Shown: positions 24,801-37,710 of the stretch, in pieces
Numbering within the stretch: position 1 is the stretch's first letter
Layout of the letters: every line of letters starts with the position of its first letter
Assembly: GCA_965287045.1 (NCBI GenBank)
Contig: OZ336876.1
Coordinates: 50,034,001 to 50,098,000, forward strand
DNA from: Carcharhinus amblyrhynchos
Lineage: Eukaryota
Direction of reading: 5' to 3'
Length of the DNA stretch: 64,000 bases
Program-made: the position numbers and the translations under genes
The notes under the pieces: generated by a model
What the model was told of the DNA's origin: nothing
The model's input: the letters and a program-made list of their open reading frames with translations, nothing else
The model's database searches: none

Positions 24801-26146
24801 GGATGAAGCAGGACCATGCAAAGGTCCACTGACTTTGGGCGGGATTTTTCTTCTTGGGAAGAGCGAGGCCAGAATATCTTGCCCATTGTCTTATTACATT
24901 GTCTAATACATCATGATACATGAGTTATTTTTGTCAATTTCAGAGCCTTTGCAGCTACTTTTTTTAACTGGTGACGACGGATATGAGAAAACTAGAAATA
25001 AGAATGGTTGTCCCTACTGCATTATACGCTTTCACAAGTCATATATAATCTACTGTTACATGAATTTAACAAGCTAATTTAATCTCCCGATAAAATGTTC
25101 TGTGAAATTTCTTGTGCATCTCTAAAGATATGTCAAGAGCTAATGCAGGCAGTCTAGCTAACCTTACATCCTAACTGCTTGCCTTCCCTGTCATTACATA
25201 TTTATGATCTCAGCACCTAAGGGAGTCTCATGTTTCACAAAGCGCTCAATCAAACTTATCTATACTTAACCTTTTAACTCTTAATACTATCGCTAAACAT
25301 ACATATACCCAGGTCCCTGGAAGATGTTAACTGACACAATTTCAACTGGTTTTGTTGGAACTCAGTGCAATGAAAAGAGAATAAATTCAGAAATAATGAC
25401 AAGTAAATGCTCTTACAATGCTATGATAATTAAAAATAACTTTCAAACGTTACTAAAAATACTGAAAGGTTTTATGTTGTCAGGACATAATTTCTTTCTG
25501 CGTAGGGATATGACGTAATAAAACCATATCATTGGTACCTCAAGAAGAGGTTAATGGAGTCACCCTAGCCTTCACAAACAGAGGTAATTTACCTGCATTT
25601 TTGAAATGAGTTCTTTTCTTCAATTAGACAGAAATGATCATTTCAATAATAATAAATTAAGATTAATTCATCCTTTAGTATAGTTAGGGTCATGTTGTTC
25701 TTTCAAAGGGAATTCTAATTATCCAGTTTTATGACAAACATCTGTAAACAGAATAAAATTGTTGATATGCAGCAAGTAACTATAGAAAATAAGCACTTTA
25801 AAGGGTCATGACCAATATTTGTGTCTAGAGCAAGTCCTGGGTGTAATCCTTCACAAGTTTAGGAGCCAATGAAAGGAGTGCTTGCAGCATAGGCCCAAGT
25901 CAGCAAAGAGGAAACACAACATGATTTTCACTAACCATCTATAACTTGTTTGCTGCTCACAAAACTATGTACCAAATGCTACGTAAAGACTTGTCACTAA
26001 TTGTAACAATCTTAACAAGAGTGCTTGCAAAAAGAGTAGTATTTTGAAGTGGCAATAGCATTAGATGCAGCTACATTTAAACAATGAATTTTAAATTGTT
26101 TACTTTTGAGGGAGAGGTGTAAACTAAATTAACAGAAATGAACAGT

Positions 26147-27135
26147 GGCCAGAATTCTGCAGAGGTGGCAGAAGCCACACTGCCAGGTCGAAAGTGGGAG
26201 GTAACCCCACTTCAGGAAACAGCTGGGCCTTGAATTGTATTTTGTTGGCAGCACCCAATTAAAGATGGTGGCCCAATCAGATAGCTGGCAGCTCAGGAAT
26301 CTCAGCATTGCCACTGCTCACAGTGGTCATTGCTGGGGTTGCACCTGGTGGAGGAGAGTGCATTAGAATCACTGAATCACACAGTGCAGAAGGAGGCCAT
26401 TCGGCCCATCTAGTCTGCACCAACCACCCAGGCCCTATTTCCATAAGCCCACACAATTACTTTAATTAGCCCGCCTGACACTAAGGGACAATTTACCATG
26501 GCCAATCCACCTAATCTGCACATCTTTGGACTGTTGGAGGATACCGGAGCACCCGGAGGAAGCCCACACAGACACAGGGAGAATGTGCAAACTCCACATG
26601 GAACAGTGACCCAAGCCAGGAATTGAACCCGGGATCCTGGTGCCGTGAGCCAGCACTGCTAATCACTGTGTCACCATGTTGTCTGTGTATTGTTGGCCAT
26701 GCGCCCTTGAGGGCAGGTAAGTGAGGATGCCGGAACTAGGCAGGTAGACCATGGAGGAGGGGGGTGCTCAAATGACACTATTGTCATACATTGTCACTGC
26801 GGGCTGCAGCGTGGTCCAGAGAGTGCCCAAAGGAAGCCCCTACCAAACCCACTGGAAGCATCCCAGAGTTGTCTCTTCACAGGGTGAGACAAGTAGAGGG
26901 GGACATGGATGGTTCCCCCACCACTGTTAAAAAGAAAATGGGAAGAGGTGCTTAATTAGCCACTTAAGTCGCTCAGTTGGGCTCCAGGCAGTGGGTCATC
27001 TTGCCATCTTTTCCCTTATTGGCAAAATGGCACGGTGGTGGGAAGTTGTCAGGCATACCACCTGATACTTTCCCGCGCTAGCTTAACAGCCTCCTGCCTC
27101 CTAGCATATCTCTAAAGGGCTGGTAAAATCCAGTT
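26147..27135. mobile_element. Harbinger-derived element interrupted by a SINE
   Basis: Ends ggccagaattc / gtaaaatccag; internal ccacttaag motif shared with other copies. Confidence 0.45.
26366..26682 (-). mobile_element. HE1-type V-SINE, near full length
   Basis: The reverse complement shows an A box, B box (gggttcaattcc), V-domain and CR1-type tail. Confidence 0.9.
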
Positions 27136-27598
27136 CAGTGATGATAACCTCTAAAGTGTAGCATTAGTCTATGGCCAGAATTTTATCACACCGCCTGCTA
27201 CAGGAATCGGAGTGGGTGTGGGGTGGGTAATAGGAAGGTCCATTGACCTAGGGTGGGATTTTATGGTTTTGGGACAGCAAGGCCGTAAGATTCCACCCTT
27301 TTTTGTTAATTTCCCTTACATATATAAAACTATAACATTTTACAGCATAGATGGAAACCTTAGGCTTATTGCGTCCCTGCTGATTTTTTGCCAGAGTGAT
27401 TCAAATTGAAGCCAGCTTTCCTGCTACCTCTTCACACCTTTTATCTTCCTTTGTATCAAATGTTTTGCCAATGCTTTCTATCTCAATCCCTGCTGTGAAA
27501 TAGCATGATGTAGAGATGCCGGCATTGGATTGGGGTAACACAGTAAGAAGTCTCACAACACCAGGTTAAAGTCCAACACGTTTATTTGGTAGCAAACG

Positions 27599-27635
27599 CC
27601 ACTAGCTTTCAGAGCACTGCTCCTTCATCAGGTGA
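27599..27635 (-). ncRNA. Minimal type I hammerhead ribozyme motif (Penelope-associated)
   Basis: The minus strand reads cac-CUGAUGA-a-ggagc-agu-gcucu-GAAA-gc-UA-gug: core boxes, stem II, short palindromic helix III, and stem I cac/gug. Confidence 0.7.
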
Positions 27636-28254
27636 GTGGCAGATCTGTTCACAAAGAGGGCATATAAAGAAACAATCTCAATTTACAGAATACTGATTGA
27701 AATGCGAATCTTTACAGCTAATCAAGTCCTAAAGGTACAGATAATGTGAGTGGAGAGAGCATTAAGCACAGGTTAAAGAGATGTGTATTGTCTCCAGACA
27801 GGACAGTTAGTGAGATTTTGCAAGTCCAGGCAAGTTATGGGGGTTACAGATAGTGTGAGATGAACCCAAGATCCCGGTTGAGGCTGTCCTCATGTGTGCG
27901 GAATACGAATCACGGGCGTTCAGCCTCTGATCGTCGGGAAGCATTCTCCAAGGTGGCTTTCATGGCACACAACAACGCAGAGTCACTGAGCAGAGACTGA
28001 TAGCCAAGTTCTGCACACATGAGGACGGCCTCAACCAGGATCTTGGATTCATGTCGCACTATCTGTAACCCCCACGACTCGGTTGGACTTGCAAGATCTC
28101 ACTAACTGTCCTGTCTAGCGACAATACACATCTCTTTAATCTGTGTTTAACACTCTCTCTAACTTGATTAGCTGTAAAAACTTGCATTTCAATCAGTATT
28201 CTGTAAATTGAGTTTGTGTTTTTATGTGCCCTGTTTGTGAACAGAACTCACACT

Positions 28255-28292
28255 CACCTGACGAAGGAGCAGCATTCTGAAAGCTAATGGTG
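28255..28292 (+). ncRNA. Second hammerhead motif, degenerate stems
   Basis: cac-CUGACGA-a-ggagcagcauucu-GAAA-gc-UA-augg; stems I and II are weakened. Confidence 0.5.
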
Positions 28293-28529
28293 TTTGCTAC
28301 CAAATAAACCTGTTGGACTTTAACCTGATGTTGTGAGACTTCTTACTGTGAAAAAGCATTCCATGCTCGAACAATCCAGTGTAAAGAAGTTTCTCCTAAT
28401 CTGCCTTCTCACTCTTTTAGTGAGATTGCTTCTATCAATTGACGATTAAATTTGCTTTCATTACATAGTACAGGAAGTGCAGTTCTTGATGTTGGTAATT
28501 CAGTAAAAGCGTCACTGGTTTACTACTGT

Positions 28530-30050
28530 GTACTTTAACAACTACTTGCTTTTATATAATGCCTTTAACCACCAAAAATTCCCAAGATTAATTATGCCTA
28601 CAGGCATAATCAAAAATAAATGAATACTGAAGCAACCTTATCTTCAAATTAATATTAAATAACAAAGGGTGGTTAAAAGCTTGACCAAAGTGGAGGGCTT
28701 TAAGGGGGAGAGGGTGGTGGAGGGGGCAGTCTTGAAGAAAAAGTAGGAAGAGGTAATGGAAAGATAGAGGAGCTTAGATACAAGTTCCACAGCATGGGGC
28801 TGAGGCAGTCAAAAATATAACTGCCAGTGATGGGACAATGAGAGGGGGTTGCTGTAGAGATCTGAGTTGACAGAACAGATGTTCAGAAGGAAAGCTATAA
28901 TGCTGTGCCAGAGATTGGGAGGGGGCAAGACCATGAAGAGATTTAAAGATGAAAATTAAAACTTTAAACTCTAGACATTGTGAGAACCAAGCTAGACCAG
29001 CAAGCTGGGAGGGTGAGCTTGGTCAAGTTTGGTGGGGTTAGGGTGCATGAAGGGGAAGGGGTGGGGAATTGATGAATGGAAGGGGGGTAGAGTCCAACGG
29101 GAGTAAGGCGGTGAAGAAGGCGGGGTGAAGGGGGTGTGAGTGTTCAAGTGGGTGTTAAAGGATCATGGTGACAGGAGCTTTACACTGAACTGAAGAACTG
29201 GTCCAATGTCTCTAGAAGCAGAGGCGGGCCTTTGAACCTGGCCACTTATGCATTGGCCTGCTTCTGACTCCACCTCCATGTCCACCTCCTTCAGCAGACC
29301 TGACTCAAGGCTGTCTTGTCCTCCAAGAGATGAAAATTCCATCTTGTGGCATTGTGGGGACAGTGGGCAAAACTGTGATGACCTGACGAGTCCACATTCT
29401 CTCATCCTGCCTTCAACAGGAATATTCTGGCTTCAGCGTTGAACAAACAGTCGAATAACTTATGAGTGGTAGAGCTCAGTGTCGTTAGTGTATCAGAATG
29501 ATTCTCAGTTCTAATGAAAGGCCATCACCCTTTTCGGTTTTTACTTCTGATTTCCACCATTCGTAGCATATTTGGTTTTATATCTGTGTATCAAGTGTTA
29601 AGTCTCAAGTCTGTGCATCCAGCTGCTAATATGTAGATGAGGAACTGGAGGGACCAAGGTCAGATTGCTGGGTCATTCCGGGATTATTGCCGTTGAGAAG
29701 AGAAGCAATTATGTAATATGCTTTTGCCACAATCAGACAGGTAAAAATGTTAACTGAGGGCAATCCCACTCAGCTGGACAACAGAGGAAAGCCATTGGTG
29801 GAGGATGGTGTGGTCAACCATGTCGAAGGCTGCTGTGGGGTTGAAGATGTCAAGGAGGAAGAAGAAGTTAGTGCACCATTGTCACAGTCACAACATTTGT
29901 AATTTATGACATTGGTAAGGGTTGTTGCAGTAAGGATGTAAACCAGATTTGAGAAATTTAAAGCAAAGGTTGTGGGAAAGAAGCAGAGATAAGGAGGGAA
30001 GCAACATATTAAAGGATGTTGGAAAGAAAAATTATTTAAGTTTCAAAGGC
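28530..30050 (-). mobile_element. Fragmented L2 LINE remnants
   Basis: L2 tail at ~28540 (acttgcttttatataatgccttta) and RT antisense motifs (ggatggtgtggtcaaccatgtcgaaggctgc = AAFDMVDH). Confidence 0.6.
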
Positions 30051-31789
30051 AGTAGGTCCATGGTAATTTTGCTGTGGGAGATTTTAACAACTTAACCTTG
30101 GAAAAGCAAGAGTACAACACTTGGAGCGAATGGGATCAAAGGTTATGGGAAGAAAGCAGGATTAGACTATTGAGTTGGATGATCAGCCATGATTGTAATG
30201 AATGGTGGAGCTGGCTGGAAGGGCCAAGTGGCCTCCTCCTGCTCCTATTTTCTATGTTTCTATGTTTCCTGAGGCATAAGAATAATCTACAATTGCAGCT
30301 ATCAAGACGTTAGAAAATTGGATAGCCATTAGTTTAAGGACAATAGGGTCAAGGAAGCCATTGGTGGGTCTCCAATTTCAGGTGAGCTCAAAGAACATGT
30401 TAAAGAAGATAGGAGTAATATTAGAGAAAGATTCATACTTATCCAATAAAGTTAATAACAAGAAGAAGCCTGTGTTCATGGATAATCACACCTCTCTCAC
30501 GTGAGTTCAGCAAAATATTTCACAATAATCTAGTGATGGCTCTAGGTTATCTCAGGTGTAAACCTCTGCATTTTTGCCTACTTCCTATATTAAACTTAAT
30601 TAAGCAATTAATATGTGTACAGTCTAGTAGTGATAGGAAATAATGAAAACCAGTTTCCACAATTCAGCAGGAGTGTGTACTGCAAATAAATGACAATATC
30701 AGTTTAATTACCTTCAACAAAGAAATAACTGAAGCTATACTGCTTAACCTTCTCATACTGTGGTATAGTTGTGGTTCACGCTAAAAAGTAATTTCCTGAT
30801 AAAGAGTGCATTCAGTTTGTTTGGCTGTTGTACAGTGGTTCTTTAGCAGTTTCCTTCATGCCTTGAAATCTCATCTTCCAGTCTCCCCTGTCTGAGAGGC
30901 CCCACTTACAAGCCAACTCTGAATTCAGAACTTGTTTCCGACACAGATATTGAAAGGAAATATAATTCTGCAATATTGTCCTGGTGTTGAAAGTTTCAAA
31001 ACCAGAACTGACCATCCTGCAGGTCAAAGATAGCTTTTTGGTAACTTGATTTCTTGCACATCACTTGTCTATGGTATGGCGTTGTTCCAAAGCAAACACT
31101 CACAGCCCAGGATGCTCTAAATGTAGGTGAAAGTTCAATCCTACAAACACAAAATGGCACTTCCTTCATACGTTGAGGTAAACTGAATTCAAATGACACC
31201 ACCACTTGTCTGGGACACTGCAGCTGTGTTTGCTGCGTCCAACAGAAATGGGTACATCCGACAGGTTCTGACTGCCCCCAAAATCATTTTTTCATCATTA
31301 GTTTCAACCACAAACAATAGAAACACAGAGAAACGTAGAGACACGTACCCTGACATGCAGACAGATGCACCCAAATGAAATCTGGAAAATGGTGACTGAA
31401 CTTCTGTCCTGGTAGAATCAGGAATGAGTCTGAATGCAGACTGGCCAGGAGCTGGCAGTACGAAAAGCTCTTCTCTGTTGGACTTCATGGGAGGTTACAG
31501 ATTTTCTGTCACAGCGTGAATAGTTCCTCATCAATTTTTTTGCAGACTTTTACAATTAATGAGGTGTGGTGGCACATCTCTGAGGGGCAAGTATCCCAGC
31601 ACCTCCCTGTGAGCCCCCACCATGCTGGACTAATTTGAATTGGAAACTGGTGCTGTAGAACCAGGGTTCATACCTGTAACTCCTAAATAACAGAAGTTGT
31701 CTATCTTGGCCAGGTCCAGCAAGGGTGAAAAGATCCAGCTGTATAACAGGCTCATATCCTTTTTATAGATTTCTTGCAGACTTTTTTTT

Positions 31790-32052
31790 TTATTCTTTCA
31801 TTCTTTTAACTACATTGCTATGTATTTGGAGTCACACATATGCCAGGCTGGATAAGGAAGACAGATTTACTTCCCTAAAGGACATTTGCAAACCAGCTAG
31901 ATTTTCATGGTCACCTTTACAGAGACTGGGTTTCTATTCCAAGTTTATTAAGTGAATTCAAGTTCCAATAGCTGCCATGAACCCATGTCTCCATGGGTTT
32001 TTTTAGCCTGGCCCTCTGGATTACTAATCCAGTGGCATTACCACTACGCCAC
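31790..32052 (-). mobile_element. tRNA-derived SINE (family of 40560-40912)
   Basis: The reverse-complement head reads ggtggcgtagtggtaatgccactggattagtaatccagag. Confidence 0.75.
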
Positions 32053-34699
32053 CAATTCCCCTGTTGATATAACAACTTGTGTTGCCTGAAGGTTTGAAAT
32101 GAAGAGAATGCCGATTAAACTCTGCCTTTTGAGTCTGGGTCAAACTTTTTGAAACAATGTAAAGCATAGTTCAAGAAAAGTCTTGCTTATGTACTCAAGC
32201 ACACCTATTTAATCATCAACGGGAACGTTCTGCATAAACAATCCTTGGCCTCAAAAGATAATCAATCAAATCAAAAATGCCTAAAAGCACTCTTAGATTT
32301 GTGTATCCGAGTGCATCAGTCCCTGAAAGTGTGGGTCTTGCATAGCTGTCGGCAAGTCAAACGCAAGGGTGCAGGGACTGATTAGAACCGGCTTCCAGGA
32401 AGATGTGCTTTCGACATGTCTTCCTAACTGCTGGTTTCAGCGAATCCTATCAGTTTTTACCATCCCTTGCAAACAGTTGTGGAAACTTGTATTTCTAGGT
32501 ACTGACATAATTTCAAAAAATATTTACAGGACCTGAAGATTCTTCTTTGATGCAGGGTTGAAGTCCTTTTCACCTTTCTTTTCAGAATAATTTGGCAAAT
32601 TGTTGCTGTATCTTTTCCATGACTCCAATATTCTTTAATAAGAGGGTCACCTTGAACTTTGCAGCTTCAGCCTAATCTTTTTCTGATAGAAATTGAACAG
32701 TTCCTCCTTGCCAATGTGTTCAAAAATCCAAAATCCCAGTTTTCAATCTGTTACCTTTTCTTTCTGCATTCCCAGCTTTAAAGATCTGTCTAACTTCATG
32801 TCTAGTTTTCACTGTTCCTTCACTTCATTATGAAATTTCAGATTAAGATATCCAAAAATGCAACACTTCACATTTTTTTGTATTGAAAGGCATCTGCCAT
32901 CTTTCTGCCCAATTTGCTAACCATTTAAGTGCTTTTATCATTCAATGCCTTGTGGAGAAATAAATCAAACTTATAGTCTTGCTTTGTTAGAGTACATCAT
33001 CCATAATTTTGCATTTTAACATTGCTGTTAAAAAGCCTGATAATATCTATGGTTCTCGATGTTTTAAAGACCATGTCTTCTTTTCTTTTGTATCTATTTC
33101 AGCTCGACTAGCTTCATGGTTTAAAAAAAAGGTGGCATGGACAAGTTGGGCTGAAGGGCCTGTTTCCATGCTGTAAAACTCTGTGACTCTATGACTTTGT
33201 AAGTCTCCCCTTAACTATATAAGCACTGGGCCAGATGCAGCTGGTGTCCAGATAGTATGAAGGCTTTACCTGACCGGCCGTTTTTTTCCCATCATGACTA
33301 TTCTGCTTTCCTGAATACACTGTGAGCTCACTGCAACCCCACATCACTTAAAATGCTAAGCATATAACACTCAACAAAAAAGTCTGCATCAGAGCAGCTC
33401 AAAGACTAGACAGTTACTGCTGCAGAGGTATTTCTTGGGAAATTAGAATCTTTTTCAAATATCTGAAACTGTATGAGCAAATTGTTGAATCATAGGATCA
33501 GGCAGCACACAACAGGCCCCTCAGCCCATCGAGTCCACACCAATACATTAGATTTTAATTGGAATCAGAACAGTTTAAAATCTTTTCTGTTGTTTGATTC
33601 CACTCTTTATTTAAATAGCCAGCATCAAGTTGTGCACTATTCTAAATAGTTCCAGGGCATTTTACCCTCATTCCTGAGTAATTTTAGTTACAGGTGACTG
33701 TTTCTTTCCATATTCTGTCACACCTGCAAACTGGAACAATGAAAACAAGACTTCACTTTGCTGCCAAATTACTGGAAAGAGTTCCCTGTTTTTTTTGTCC
33801 CTCACTTTCAAATCGGAAATAATTTATACAGAATTGTACCAGAACAATGCAATAACCTGTGTAGCATTAACAGGACTAAGCCACAGCAACCCTACAGATT
33901 CAAGTACATGTTGCTCTACTGCCACTCAGATTTATGTCGGGTTTACAAAGAATTAAAGCTCAAGTACAAAGGTCTAAGGTAGAAAATCCAGATTACAAGC
34001 TATGTATCCGGTGCTATTCCTTCCCTCGTCTTCTACAGTTATAAGAAAGATCTTCAATGAAATGTGAAACCATTCTTGAAGGTCACCCACAAATTGCTGA
34101 CATCATCTTCGAGTAAAGTAAATCTGCAAGTAACGAGCATTAACGCACACGTACTCCTGAATTCATTTGAAGTTTGGACTTTAGTCAGATTTGCACCAGA
34201 TTACATCATTATGGAGTCACAAAATATAGTCAACCAAATGACTGCCACAGCTGTTAAGAACCTTGTAGTATCCTCCTAACAGTCAGATGATCAGTATACT
34301 TCCAATTATGTGCCGCAAAATACTTGCAACTGATACTCAGTAACACCATCCTTTTCCACCGCATTAGAATACATGGAAATTCTGCATTGACACCAGAATT
34401 CAATGAAACTGTACAGAACCATTTAAAAAGCAGTTAGAAGGAGGGAATTAAAATATATCAATAAGGCATCTTGTCAGAGAGAATTTTTGATGTATTTGAA
34501 CCCCCTTGGTTATGTCACTGTGTTGTAAATCTTGATTTTTTTTACTACTTGACATGTAAGCACAGGAGATGTGAAAATTGTCAGCCTATCTGAAAATTTC
34601 AGATTGTAATTTTCATCCTTTATTTAAATATAACTGCATTTTTAAAAGAGTTCAGATCTCTGCTGCTGTCCTCCAGTTTTATTCAAAGTGACAACTCAC

Positions 34700-34846
34700 C
34701 TCCTTCTTCCATTTTGCAAGCCACTCATCTCTCTTCCTTTTGCTGATATAATAGGGATCGCCAGCCTGGAAAGTTATTCGCTGCATAGGTCTCTGACGTA
34801 GGCTACTCTCCCACCCTGACTGGCCACGACGTCGCCCCCTCGTTCC
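34700..34846 (-). CDS. DNMT3A: DNMT3A internal coding exon (human exon 6 equivalent), N-terminal UDR region: [49 protein letters not shown]
   Basis: The translation matches my recall of human DNMT3A residues 165-213 ([49 protein letters not shown]) at 41/49. It is 147 bp, phase 0-0, with acceptor tgttttttgaacag| and donor GAG|gtgagt. Confidence 0.97.
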
Positions 34847-35127
34847 CTGTTCAAAAAACATGGATGTTGTTGACAATATTAGAAAACATTAATCAATAAT
34901 TTATCTTTTATTCACCTCTACCTTCTAAATGAACGATTACTGAGTGAGAGTAGGCAGCTCTGGGTGCTACCAGCAGCTAGCTCCCTGTTGGATGGAGATG
35001 AAACTGGATGGAGGTGAAAGTTCATGTCAAACTACAGTCAAAAATGCTTTTATGAAAATTTATACAAAATATTGGCTACTGTGAAAAGGGTTAGGTAGCT
35101 AACTTTGGCTTGGGCATTTTGTTGAAT

Positions 35128-35297
35128 TTTTTGATTTGATTTATTATTGTCATATATTTACAGTGAAAAGTACTGTTTCTTGCACACTATACAGACAAAA
35201 CATACCGTTCACAGAGAAGGAAACAAGATAACGCAGAATGTAGTGTTACAGTCAGAGCAAGGGTGTAGAGAAAGAACAACTTAATATGAGGTAGGTA
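35128..35297 (-). mobile_element. Rex1-like LINE 3' tail
   Basis: Reverse complement of the 3' UTR seen at 1410-1585 (ttgatttgatttattattgtca...). Confidence 0.7.
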
Positions 35298-36727
35298 AAA
35301 CAGTGAGCATTTCAGATTTTCCTGAACGCTGGCAAACAAACTAAAAATAAAGTTAGAACCTCTTCCAAGAATCATATCTGAGCACAAGGAGTTGAGGATT
35401 TCACTGTTTCTTTTAGAAAATGAAGTCAGTGGCAAGATTAAGATTTCATTTGGTCAATTAAACATGTGAGTAGTATGTTCAATGTTCAGCCTTTTTGGCT
35501 ATATTCTGCACATTCTGATCCAACTACAAATGGGCTTTTGAAAAATAACGAGTAGGAGACAATGGCTGCAATTTTCTGGCTGTACACACCGCGGGATCTT
35601 CTGGTTCCAGTGACGATGCACCCCACTGCAGGTTTCCCGGCGGTGAGGGGTACCTTCCCATTGACAGCAGTGGGATCCTCAGGAAATAGCGCGCTGCCTC
35701 CTGCCGCAAGAAACATGCTGCAGGGAGGCCAGAGAACTCCCACCCCCGAGTATGTGGCTTATCAGTGAAGTGTCAGCCTTCCTTCACACTATGAGAGTGA
35801 TCTTACCAGTTCATACTACTGGTTGATCATGCGGTGAGCCAATAAGATCGCGAGAGAGGTGAAAAAGCGGGTTTGTGCCCCGTTTCTCGCTCCACACAAC
35901 CGGCACTGTGAAGCTGGTGTGATCAGCCTCATGTCCATCACGTACATTTCACATCTCTGAGTAAGACCTAATTTCAGTATGATTAGTGCACCCAGGATGG
36001 AATTGTCCAGGGTCACTTGTCTGAACAGTGTGGAGGTCCTCACCGGTGAGGATCACATACGGTCCCTGGTAGGTGTTGGCCTGGCTGGTGGGACCGGAGG
36101 CCATTGAGGCCCCCCAGATGGTCGAGGGCAGTGACATTACCACTACACCATCCATTCCCCTGTTGATATATTAACTTTTGTTGCCTGAAGGTTTAAAGAG
36201 AGGAGAATGCCTATTAAATACTGATTTTTGCGCCAGGGACAAATCTTTTAAAACAATATAAAGCACAGTTCAAGAAAACTCGGTTGGCAATGAACTGAGA
36301 AGGGCAAAAACTACTGTGCTGTCCTTGCCTTGGCTGAAATACAGTGGGATTATCAGTATCCAGCTAGGAACCTCATCTCCACAGAACTTGTCTGCATTTT
36401 GAATCCAAAGAGGCTGAGAAGAGAGGAAGAGCCCAAAGATTGATCCAGTTTTATTCTCCTCCATGCCAAAGCTCCCTTGGTGAGAACCTGCAAGCATCTA
36501 CTGGGACTAGCAATCATCCTTCACATGATGGAGCAAGCCATTGACGATGTCAAAACCCATTATACTATCCATAAAGTCTTCTTTAACTGCCAATCTCTGC
36601 AGTGACACCCAGTTTGTCATTTGTTTATGTGTGCACTCTGGGTATTTTTAAATTGGATAGATGGTCACACTTACAGATTACAAATTGTATGCCGACCAGA
36701 TTTTGTAAGATGTCTTTTAAAAAAGTT

Positions 36728-37710
36728 GGGTCGGATTCTCCCAAAAAAATTCTAAGTGTCGAAGTCATGTAAAAACTGGTGTAAATCCCGCTGGCTTTTT
36801 TCAGTGGGATTTTCAAAATAAATCTCCCACACTCTCGAGTGTGAATCATGCCTGAAATCGGTAGGTGAGGTCTATTTCCACTGGAGCGGCCAGCAGCATA
36901 GTGCTGCATGGACCACTGCGCATGTGCTGATCTGTCAAAGGGGAGATAGGCACATGTGCAGTAGTCCTGCACTGCTGGCCTCCTGGTTGCTGGCCAGCAC
37001 CGCGACCCCTCATCGCTGGCTTACTGACTGCCCCCAGGCCCCACCACAGCGCATTGCTGGTCTCCCGGATGTGTCTAGGCCAGCCTCGACCCCTCCCAGC
37101 CTGCCTCAATCTCCCCCACCTCTAATTCCCAATCCCTATTTCCCCTACCCCACCCCAGCAGTCCCGATCTCCCCCCGACACCTCTTCGCAGCCCTGATCC
37201 TCCCTTCCACCCCACCAACCAGAGGTCCAGCCCCTATAGGCCCTGCCCCCTTGGCATTGCCTGATACTTGGTGGGCAGTGCCAAGGTGCCCCATTGGACA
37301 TTGCCACTTTGTCCCTTGGGCAGTGCGTGGGGTCAGATTGGCACTGCCAAGCTGGCAATACCCAGAGGGCACTCCCCTCTTAGCCACAACCACCTGGGGG
37401 GGGGGGGGGGGGCGCAGGTTGGCCCCTCTCACTCCAGCAGGGCCGGGCAACCAGGTCTTTGCAAGTGGGGAGTTATTCTGAACCCTGCCGGAATGAAATA
37501 CTCCTGGGGGGGTGGTGCGCGGGGTGAGGCTCGCAGACCCTGAGATTTCAGTGCCGATTTCTGCCGTGGAAGTGATGGCGCTGGAAATCTAGCACTTGGA
37601 GACTCGCTAACGCTGTATGCCCAGTGGACAGCATGCTAAATATCCTCCGCTTCAGTCTCCCTGCACACTGTGCTCCTAAAGCAGTGTAGGGAGCTGGACA
37701 AATCACCCCC
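36728..37710. mobile_element. GC-rich Harbinger-derived non-autonomous element, relatively young
   Basis: TIR-like ends gggtcggattctcc / ggacaaatcacccc and retained CpGs. It accounts for the spurious Pro/Gly-rich ORFs at 36846-37543. Confidence 0.65.

Larger units (their letters stand above)
27504..28350. mobile_element. Penelope-like element: inverted pair of pLTR/3' ends
   Basis: 27539-27903 is the reverse complement of about 28008-28350. GIY-YIG C-terminal remnant (EQRLIAKFCTHEDGLNQDLGFM). 14-bp flanking duplication ctgtgaaaWagcat at 27493 and 28346. Confidence 0.88.

Noticed and set aside
24966-24984. aactggtgacgacggat resembling a Gypsy primer-binding site
   Set aside because: It is in the opposite orientation to the adjacent pol remnant, with no LTR identifiable next to it.
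36846-37543. Cluster of Pro/Gly-rich ORFs up to 185 aa, CpG-island-like
   Set aside because: It lies inside a GC-rich non-autonomous DNA element, where low stop-codon density is compositional.
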